From the NCBI GenBank assembly GCA_027340875.1, contig DAIENX010000112.1, positions 1-31,103 on the forward strand: a stretch of DNA of 31,103 nucleotides. Reading direction: 5' to 3'. The notes under the pieces were generated by a model. That model was not told the origin of the DNA. It saw only the letters and a list, made by a program, of their open reading frames with translations, and ran no database searches. Below are positions 1-7,008 of this stretch, piece after piece. The stretch is from Elusimicrobiota bacterium (GTDB lineage: Bacteria; Elusimicrobiota; Elusimicrobia; Elusimicrobiales; UBA9959). Both the position numbers and the translations under genes were made by a program. Each line of letters starts with the position of its first letter. Within the stretch, counting starts at the first letter, position 1.

Positions 1-134
1 GACAATAATTCGGTTCGCATTTAATCATGGGCGGGAAAAAAATAAATTTAAAATTTAATTTTCCGGCGGAGAAAACGCGGGAACTGCGGGAACTAGCGGA
101 GTTTTCAAGTGCCAAATTTCTCCGGGGAGAAATT

Positions 135-212
135 TGGCGGGGTCAACGGGATTCGAACCCGCGGTCTTCGCCTTGACAGGGCGACGTGTTAACCAGGCTA
201 CACCATGACCCC
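135..212 (-). tRNA. tRNA-Asp (anticodon GTC)
   Basis: Reverse complement GGGGTCATGGTGTAGCCTGGTTAACACGTCGCCCTGTCAAGGCGAAGACCGCGGGTTCGAATCCCGTTGACCCCGCCA: acceptor stem GGGGTCA/TGACCCC, anticodon loop CT-GTC-AA, T-loop GTTCGAATC, encoded CCA. Confidence 0.97.
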
Positions 213-261
213 GCGGTAGATAAAGAATAGCAAAAAAGCGGGATGCATTTCCATCCGGCGG

Positions 262-1281
262 TCAGTTCCCGTCGGCGGGAGCGGTGGAACCGTAGATCAG
301 CTCGAAGCCGCGCGGGGCCGCGCAGGCGGCGTTCCCCGCCTCCGCGTCCACGGGGAAAGTCCCGGTCTTCCTGAAGGCCTCCAGCTCGGCCTGGGCCTCG
401 CAGGGGCGCAGGCTGCCGGGAGCGGAATACTCCCGCGCCCGTTCGTCCTCATAGCCGTAGCGGAACACGCGGTACGGCACTCCGGCCTTGCCGAGGGCCG
501 CGGCCATGTCGCGGGCGTTCTTCTCGGTGTCGTCCACGAAGAAAACTATGTCGGGGGAATAGCCGGCCTCTTTAAGAACGTAAAGCAGCTGCTCGCCCTT
601 GTTCTGGCCCGCGGTCTGCAGCACGCCCAGCCGGTACAGGGAGGGCCTGGCGGCCGGACCGACGCGGAAGCCCTGCAGGGCGAAGCCGTAGCCGCCGGGC
701 GCGGAGCTGGAGAAGTCCACCCCCAGGTCCCCGCGCAGGTCCTGCAGGGTCGCCTTTTCCATTTCCGGACCGCGCGCGGTGACGGCCATCATGGCCACTC
801 CCGCTCTCTGGGCCTTCTTTATGGCCTTGGGCACGAAACTCTCCACGGGGAGCAGGGTGATGCCGGCGTGCAGCGTGCCGTTAAGCGCCACCAGCCTTGA
901 GAAGCGGCTGCGGTACAGCGCTTCGGCCTCGGCCGGCCAGAGCGGTGACCCGTCCGGTCCTTTGCGGGGGCCGTATTTTTCCGCGAAGGCGGCGTCCAGG
1001 GCTTTCACCTGCTCGTTCCACCAGGGGTCGCTGGCCAGCGAGACGCGGCGGTTCCCGGAGAGCGGGGTGCCGAGCGTGAGGTCTATGTCCCAGGCCACCA
1101 GCACCTTGAGGCCCTGCCTGCTCAGGCGGGTGGCGGCTTTGAAAACGTCTCGCTTCAGGCTGAAGTCCTTGATATAGGCCGGGTCGGTGGTGTTGGCCGT
1201 ATCCGCGTAGAGGGAGGCTGGCGGTTCGGCGCGCAGCGGGGCGGACAGCAGTGCCAGGGAAAGAAGCAGGGAATAACTCAT
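262..1281 (-). CDS. Secreted HAD-superfamily-like protein (DUF2608-like)
   Basis: Start moved to ATG 1281 (MSYSLLLSLALLSAPLRA, signal-peptide-like). HAD-type motifs WDIDLTL (DxD), VTAR, NKG and FFVDD. Confidence 0.7.
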   Translation of the reverse strand: MSYSLLLSLALLSAPLRAEPPASLYADTANTTDPAYIKDFSLKRDVFKAATRLSRQGLKVLVAWDIDLTLGTPLSGNRRVSLASDPWWNEQVKALDAAFAEKYGPRKGPDGSPLWPAEAEALYRSRFSRLVALNGTLHAGITLLPVESFVPKAIKKAQRAGVAMMAVTARGPEMEKATLQDLRGDLGVDFSSSAPGGYGFALQGFRVGPAARPSLYRLGVLQTAGQNKGEQLLYVLKEAGYSPDIVFFVDDTEKNARDMAAALGKAGVPYRVFRYGYEDERAREYSAPGSLRPCEAQAELEAFRKTGTFPVDAEAGNAACAAPRGFELIYGSTAPADGN

Positions 1282-1372
1282 GCTATCAGGATATAAAATC
1301 GGCGGCCTGCGGCGCATGAGGCATAAGTACCAGGGCCGGCCAGGGACATACGGCCCATATATAAGGAAGGAC

Positions 1373-1429
1373 TTGACAGGTCGCGCGCCTGTATGCTAAA
1401 AAATGAATACTGAACCATTATTCACTTTT
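1373..1429 (+). promoter_or_regulatory. Sigma70-type promoter plus palindromic putative TetR operator for the fabG operon
   Basis: TTGACA at 1373-1378, TGcTAAAAA at 1394-1402, and inverted repeat TGAATA(1404-1409)-N9-TATTCA(1419-1424) with flanking AAAA/TTTT. Confidence 0.6.
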
Positions 1430-1518
1430 GTTCCGGACGCGGCGCGGGGTGGGGACGGTTCTGGGTAAGGGGAAGAACTCCCGGCGGTAGGGCGGGGGAA
1501 CTCAAAAGGAGAATTGGA

Positions 1519-2262
1519 ATGAACAAGAAGACTGCTGTTATAACCGGCGCGGCCCGCGGCCTCGGCTACGCGGGTGCGGAGAGGTTCCTGAAGTCCGGCC
1601 AGTGGAAGGTCGCGCTGTTCGACGTGAACGAGGAGCTGCTGACCCAGGCCGCCCGGAAGCTGGGCGACGCCTACGGCCAGGAGAACGTGCGCTGGTACAA
1701 GGTGGACGTGACCAACCAGGCTTCCGTTGAGGCCGCGATAAAGCAGGTCATCACCGACCTGGGCGGCGTGGACACGCTGGTCAACAACGCCGGCATCACC
1801 CGCGACGCGATGCTGCACAAGATGGCTGAGAACGACTGGGACGTCGTCATCAACGTGAACCTCAAGGGCGCCTTCCTCTGCACCAAGGCCGTGGCTCCCC
1901 ACATGAAGGAGCGCAAGACCGGCACGATCGTGAACACCTCCTCGGTGGTCGGCGTGTACGGCAACATGGGCCAGAGCAACTACGCCGCTTCCAAGTTCGG
2001 CATCATCGGCCTGACGAAGACCTGGGCCAAGGAAATGGGCCGCGACGGCATACGCGTGAACGCGGTCGCCCCGGGCTACACGATGACCGAGATGCTCGGC
2101 ACCGTGCCGGAGAAGATCCTGACCGCGATCTCCGAGAAGACCCCGCTAAAGCGCCTCGGCAGGCCCGAGGACATCGCCAACGCCTACTACTTCCTCGCCA
2201 ACGAGGAGTCGGCCTTCGTGACCGGCCAGGTGATCTCCGTAGACGGGGGGCTCGTCATATAA
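1519..2262 (+). CDS. fabG: 3-oxoacyl-ACP reductase / acetoacetyl-CoA reductase-like SDR
   Basis: TGAARGLG, NNAGITRD, YAASK, VNAVAPG and C-terminal VDGG motifs; RBS AAGGAG upstream. Confidence 0.88.
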   Translation: MNKKTAVITGAARGLGYAGAERFLKSGQWKVALFDVNEELLTQAARKLGDAYGQENVRWYKVDVTNQASVEAAIKQVITDLGGVDTLVNNAGITRDAMLHKMAENDWDVVINVNLKGAFLCTKAVAPHMKERKTGTIVNTSSVVGVYGNMGQSNYAASKFGIIGLTKTWAKEMGRDGIRVNAVAPGYTMTEMLGTVPEKILTAISEKTPLKRLGRPEDIANAYYFLANEESAFVTGQVISVDGGLVI

Positions 2263-3431
2263 TGACCTCCCCGGCCACCCCGAAAGGTCAGAAGACCCGC
2301 GAGCGCCTGATAGCTGCGTCCGGGGCGGTGTTCGCCCGCAAGGGCTGCGCCGCCTCGGGCGTGGCCGATATCTGCGCCGCGGCGGGGCTGGCCGTAGGCG
2401 GCTTCTACCGCTACTTCGCCTCGAAAGAGGAGATAATAAAGGCCCTGTCGGAGGAGCTGCGCGATGAACTGGTGGGGGCCGTAGGCGGTCTGCCGGGGCA
2501 GAGCACCGCCGCTAAGGAAGCGGCGGCGGCCGCCGGGGCCTTCTTCTCGGTGCTGTCGTCCAGGCTGGAAGCTTTCAGGGCCCTGCGCGAGGCGGAGGCC
2601 GGCGACGAGGCTCTGGCCAGGACGTTCTACGGACCGGTGGCCGACGCTTTCGCCGCGCGCCTGGCCCGCTTCACGGACCCCAGGAAAGCCTCCGCGCACG
2701 CCTGGGCGCTGCTCGGCACGCTGTATTTCTACGCCGTGAAGTACCTGGTCTGGGAGAAGGGCGTGGTCCCGGCCAGCGCGTCGGCGGCGGCCGCGGTGCT
2801 CTGCGCCGAAGGCATAAGCCCGAGGCCTTTCCCGTGGTGGCGTCCCGCCCAGTCCGGACCGTCGGCCGCCAGGCCCGCGCCCGGGGACACCGGCGGGCTC
2901 ATGCTGGCCGCGGCCGAGGAGACTTTCGGGCGCTGCGGCTATAACCGCGCGCGCGTTTCCGAGATAGCGCGCAAGGCCGGCTTCGCCGCCGGCACTTTCT
3001 ATCTCTTCTTCAAGTCCAAAGAGGATGCGCTGGAGAAGGTTGTCATGCGCATGCGCGACTGCCTGGTGCGGAAGGCCGCGCAGTACTCGGCCGGCGCGGG
3101 CAGCCGCCTGGAGACCGAGGCGATGGCCTTCAGGGCGCTGTTCGACTTCATCCGGGAGCACCCTTACGGCTACCGCATCATGCGCGAGGCCGAGTTCACG
3201 GACCGGAAGCTGGCGGACGCCTACTACGGCTACATACTCCGCAACTATTCCGCCCAGCTGAAGAAGGCCGCGAAGCCGGGCGAGTTCACTCTCGGCGACC
3301 CCGGCCTGCTCGCGCTGGCGCTGATGGGCATGGGGCACATGCTCGGCATGAAGCGGGTGCTGTGGGGCGGCTTCCGCGGGATGGACGAGGAAGAGCTGCT
3401 GAGGACGATATTCGAAGGGATAAGAAAATAA
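2262..3431 (+). CDS. TetR/AcrR-family regulator with two tandem TetR domains
   Basis: Two HTH units: VADICAAAGLAVGGFYRYFASKEEI and VSEIARKAGFAAGTFYLFFKSKEDAL. TAATG stop/start overlap with fabG. Confidence 0.88.
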   Translation: MTSPATPKGQKTRERLIAASGAVFARKGCAASGVADICAAAGLAVGGFYRYFASKEEIIKALSEELRDELVGAVGGLPGQSTAAKEAAAAAGAFFSVLSSRLEAFRALREAEAGDEALARTFYGPVADAFAARLARFTDPRKASAHAWALLGTLYFYAVKYLVWEKGVVPASASAAAAVLCAEGISPRPFPWWRPAQSGPSAARPAPGDTGGLMLAAAEETFGRCGYNRARVSEIARKAGFAAGTFYLFFKSKEDALEKVVMRMRDCLVRKAAQYSAGAGSRLETEAMAFRALFDFIREHPYGYRIMREAEFTDRKLADAYYGYILRNYSAQLKKAAKPGEFTLGDPGLLALALMGMGHMLGMKRVLWGGFRGMDEEELLRTIFEGIRK

Positions 3432-3444
3432 GAGAGGGGAAATT

Positions 3445-4422
3445 ATGTTCAAGATAGCTGGAACGGGGATGTACCTCCCCAAGAACCTCGTGACGAACGA
3501 GTCTTTCATACAGAAATTCGGGCCGGACCCGCTCAAAGTGGTGTTCGAGCGCATAGGCCACGGCGCCCGCTACTATTCCGGCAAGGACGAGTCGTCCGCC
3601 ACGATGGCCGTGCAGGCCGGGCGCGAGGCGCTGGAGAACGCGGGACTCAAGGCCGAAGATATAGACCTGCTGGTGATCTCCACCGATACCCCGTCGCAGT
3701 TGTCGCCGGCGACCGCGGCCCAGGTTGGCCACGACCTCGGCATAAAGAGCAAGGGCGCGTTCGACGTGAACTGCGCCTGCGCCGGCTTCGTGACCGCAGT
3801 GGACATGGCCTCCCGCTACCTGGACGGGACCGAATACAGGCACGCGCTGGTCATCGGCACCTACGCGATGAGCAAGCACCTGGACCCGGATGACAATATC
3901 GCCACGCCGCTGTTCGGCGACGGCGCCGGCGCCTTCGTGCTCAGCTACGCGCCGGAGCAGAAGGGCAAGACCGCCTCCACGCTGAAGTCGGACGGCTCCT
4001 TCTGGGACTTCATGGGCATCTACGGCGGCGGCACGGCCCTGCCGGTGGACGAAGAAGTGCTGGCCAAGCGCGCCCACAAAGTGAAGATCCCGAAGAAGTT
4101 CCCTGCCACGCTGAACTCGGAGGAATGGCCGCCGCTGATAGAGAAGACCCTGGCCAAGCTGGACCTGAAGCCGCAGGACGCGCAGGCCTACGTGTTCACC
4201 CAGATCCGCAAGCCCACCATAGTGGAGGTCATAGAGAAGTTCGGCCTGCCGATGGAGAAGACGCATACGATCATGGAGAAATGGGGCTACACCGGCAGCG
4301 CCTGCGTGCCGATGGCGTTCCACGACATGGTGAAGCACGGCAAGGTGAAGCGCGGCGACCGGGTGGTGCTCTGCGCCTCCGGCGGCGGCTATTCGATGGC
4401 CGCGATGACGTTCATCTATTGA
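3445..4422 (+). CDS. FabH (KAS III)-family thiolase-fold enzyme with atypical active site
   Basis: IAGTGMYLP, FDVNCACAGF (Cys112), LFGDGAGAFVL and GDRVVLCASGGG motifs; the usual His and Asn positions read Thr252 and Tyr282. Confidence 0.88.
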   Translation: MFKIAGTGMYLPKNLVTNESFIQKFGPDPLKVVFERIGHGARYYSGKDESSATMAVQAGREALENAGLKAEDIDLLVISTDTPSQLSPATAAQVGHDLGIKSKGAFDVNCACAGFVTAVDMASRYLDGTEYRHALVIGTYAMSKHLDPDDNIATPLFGDGAGAFVLSYAPEQKGKTASTLKSDGSFWDFMGIYGGGTALPVDEEVLAKRAHKVKIPKKFPATLNSEEWPPLIEKTLAKLDLKPQDAQAYVFTQIRKPTIVEVIEKFGLPMEKTHTIMEKWGYTGSACVPMAFHDMVKHGKVKRGDRVVLCASGGGYSMAAMTFIY

Positions 4423-4534
4423 GCTGGAGGAGCCGCCCCCCGGCAGGGTGCCGGGGGGCCCGGCCCGGACTAGGTCCAAAGCCACTAGCCGGGACCCCGG
4501 TACGATAGTAGAATATCTTCACGTGGAGGACACG

Positions 4535-5830
4535 GTGAAGCTTTTTGCCTTTATTGCCATAGTGCTTAATATTATGCCCGTGACAGCCGATGCCGGCCAG
4601 GCCGGCGCCTTCGCGCAGCTTTCCGATACTGTCCCTTCCGCCGCGGCCCCTGCGGTGCCTTCTCCGGTCTCCGGGCCGGAAAGGTCGCCGGCCGGCCTGT
4701 CGCTGGTCCGCTCCATAGCCTCTAAATACTGGGAGAGGATAGAATGCTGGCGCGACACGGCCAGGCCTTTCGTCCGGGAGAGCATGCTGAGCAAGTCCCG
4801 CCACGACACCCAGGAGATCATCTCCGCTTTCGGCTCGGCCATGCCGGAGACGTCTAATTTCCTGCTGCATTACGGCCCGAAATGGAATTCCAACACCGGC
4901 AAGGTGGTGGTGCTGGTGCACGGGGCCTCCGACAACGCCGACCGCGCCTGGGCTACGCCGGCCATCCTGCTGGGCGACGCCTCGAAGCCGGGCCTGCTGC
5001 AGAAGCTGGAGGCCGCGGGCTACAGGGTCTTCGCGCTGACCTTCCCGCACAAGCACGGCAGCCTGTTCTACGAGGCCCAGTACCTGGCCGACGCCATAGA
5101 GATAATAAAGCGGCAGGCCGGCGCGGGCAGGGTGACGCTGGTGGGGCACAGCGCCGGCGGCCTGGTGGCGCGGCTTTACGTCTCGGGCTATCGCCAGGGA
5201 CAGGGCTGGACGCCGTACCGCGGCGACGTGGAGAACCTGATCACGATGGCCGCTCCGCACCGCGGGCTGGACTTCGCCTTCCGCCACCCGGAGTTCAACT
5301 ATTACTTCATGAAGGACGAGCTGGCCGCCAACGCGCCGATGAGCTGGGACAAGGTGCTATACTACGGGGCTTGGAAGGACACCTTCGAGTTCAGCGTCTA
5401 CAGCGACAACTTCCCGATGCAGCAGCAGGTGCTCACCGACTGGAGCGGCCGGTTCCCGGTCAGCCTGAATTCGCCGGACTACTACACAACGGTGCACGGC
5501 GGGCAGGGCTATGTCAGCCATTCGCAGGGGATAGAGAACGCGATGATGCGCGGCGGCAACTTCATGAACACGCTGAAGCGTTACCCGGTGCCTGCGGATA
5601 TAAAGGTGTCCGTCATAGCCGGGAACGATAATAAGATCGAGAACGTGCCGCAGACCGAGACCGACGGCCCGTCCGACGGCCTGGTCTTCCTGGAGAGCGC
5701 TTCCAATACCTCCGACATGACGGCGGCCGGCAGGACGGACCCGATACGGCAGTACATCGTGCACGAGAACCACGTGACGATAACCTTCAGCCCTTCGGTG
5801 ATGGACCTGGTGGCCGGCCTGGTGAACTGA
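4535..5830 (+). CDS. Secreted alpha/beta hydrolase (lipase/esterase, PGAP1-like)
   Basis: GTG 4535 with GGAGGA RBS; signal-peptide-like N-terminus; VVLVHG, nucleophile elbow GHSAGG, SDGLV and C-terminal NH motifs. Confidence 0.85.
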   Translation: MKLFAFIAIVLNIMPVTADAGQAGAFAQLSDTVPSAAAPAVPSPVSGPERSPAGLSLVRSIASKYWERIECWRDTARPFVRESMLSKSRHDTQEIISAFGSAMPETSNFLLHYGPKWNSNTGKVVVLVHGASDNADRAWATPAILLGDASKPGLLQKLEAAGYRVFALTFPHKHGSLFYEAQYLADAIEIIKRQAGAGRVTLVGHSAGGLVARLYVSGYRQGQGWTPYRGDVENLITMAAPHRGLDFAFRHPEFNYYFMKDELAANAPMSWDKVLYYGAWKDTFEFSVYSDNFPMQQQVLTDWSGRFPVSLNSPDYYTTVHGGQGYVSHSQGIENAMMRGGNFMNTLKRYPVPADIKVSVIAGNDNKIENVPQTETDGPSDGLVFLESASNTSDMTAAGRTDPIRQYIVHENHVTITFSPSVMDLVAGLVN

Positions 5831-5842
5831 ATCGGAGTCCCG

Positions 5843-5880
5843 GAAAAGAGAAGGCCCGGTAATACCGGGCCTTTTTCTTT
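5843..5880. terminator. Intrinsic terminator, probably bidirectional
   Basis: AAGGCCCGGTA/TACCGGGCCTT hairpin with a T-run after and an A-rich run before; lies between the convergent hydrolase gene and tRNA-Val. Confidence 0.85.
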
Positions 5881-5896
5881 GGTTCTTAAGGGGGTA

Positions 5897-6034
5897 TGGG
5901 CAGTGCAGGATTCGGTCACGGGTCCTCCGTTCGCCGTCGCTCACTACGGCCCGCGACCCCGGCGGGGACCTGTCGCTTCGCTCCATCCGGTTCTGCGGCC
6001 TGCTGGCCTCGAACCTCCGCCTTTCGAATCCTGC
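5897..6034. repeat. tRNA-linked structured element carrying a copy of the tRNA-Val 3' end
   Basis: 5897-5914 matches 6103-6120 at 17/18 nt; terminal inverted repeat GCAGGATTCG(5905-5914)/CGAATCCTGC(6025-6034); core TGTCGCTTCGCTCCATCCGG (5971-5990) shared with other repeats in the window. Confidence 0.65.
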
Positions 6035-6099
6035 CGCGAGCCATTATTATGGCTCGCTAATACCTCACCGTACGAATACTTCGCTCTGGCTCTGATATT

Positions 6100-6174
6100 T
6101 GGTGGGCAGTACAGGATTCGAACCTGTGACCCTTCGCGTGTAAGGCGAATGCTCTACCGCTGAGCTAACTGCCC
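6100..6174 (-). tRNA. tRNA-Val (anticodon TAC)
   Basis: Reverse complement GGGCAGTTAGCTCAGCGGTAGAGCATTCGCCTTACACGCGAAGGGTCACAGGTTCGAATCCTGTACTGCCCACCA; full cloverleaf with CCA. Confidence 0.97.
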
Positions 6175-6411
6175 CTCTGTCGCACCTCGCGCTTCTGCGC
6201 GAGGCGGTTTTACACATTCCGCCCAGCCTTCGTCGGCTGGGTGCTCCACAAGGGGAACCTAAGGTTCCCCGTTTCGTCGTCGCTGCGCTCAGGCCTTGCG
6301 GCCCTCGCTTCGCTGAACCCCTCCTAAGAGGAGTTGCTTATTGTCGCACCCCGTCCCTCTACGGGGTATTTTTCACGGAAACTATTCTACAATTTTTTAT
6401 AATAGGGATAT

Positions 6412-6945
6412 ATGGACAAGAACGACGCGGAACTGGTGGAGAAGGCCAAGGCCGGGGATACCGGCAGCTTCGAGGCGCTGGTGAAGAAGTACCAGGACAA
6501 GATCTACGGGCTGGCCAACTACGTCTGCATGGGCCTGAAGTCGGAGGCCGACGACGTCTACCAGGAGACCTTCATCTCCGCTTTCAAGAACATAAAGAAG
6601 TTCCGGGGCAAATCGGGCTTCGGCACCTGGCTGTACCGCATAGCGGCCAACAACTGCTGGATGAAGTTCCGCAAGAAGAAGAGCGAGAAGCTGGTCAGCC
6701 TGGAGGACGTGCGCGAGCTGAAGGACATCACCCACGCCGACGAGGTCGCCAAGAGCGAGCTCTCGGCCAGCGTCGCCAGGGCCCTCTCCAAGCTTTCGGT
6801 GGACTACCGCCTGGCCGTCACGCTGGCGGACATACAGGGGCTCAGCATGGAGGAGGCGGCCAGGGTGCTGAAGATCACGGTGCCTGCCTTCAAGACCCGC
6901 CTGTTCCGCGCCCGGCAGAAGCTCAAGCAGGAGCTCGGCGAATAA
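6412..6945 (+). CDS. ECF-family RNA polymerase sigma factor
   Basis: Region 2 (ADDVYQETFI...FGTWLYRIAAN) and region 4 (GLSMEEAARVLKITVPAFKTRLFRAR). Confidence 0.93.
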   Translation: MDKNDAELVEKAKAGDTGSFEALVKKYQDKIYGLANYVCMGLKSEADDVYQETFISAFKNIKKFRGKSGFGTWLYRIAANNCWMKFRKKKSEKLVSLEDVRELKDITHADEVAKSELSASVARALSKLSVDYRLAVTLADIQGLSMEEAARVLKITVPAFKTRLFRARQKLKQELGE

Positions 6946-6963
6946 CGGGCCTACCCGGAAAGG

Positions 6964-6993
6964 AAAGAGCCGCTTCCAGCGGCTCTTTTTTTA
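6964..6993. terminator. Intrinsic terminator between the convergent ECF sigma and ispH genes
   Basis: AAAGAGCCGCT-TCC-AGCGGCTCTTT followed by further Ts. Confidence 0.85.
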
Positions 6994-7008
6994 TGCGCCC
7001 GTTCAGGC

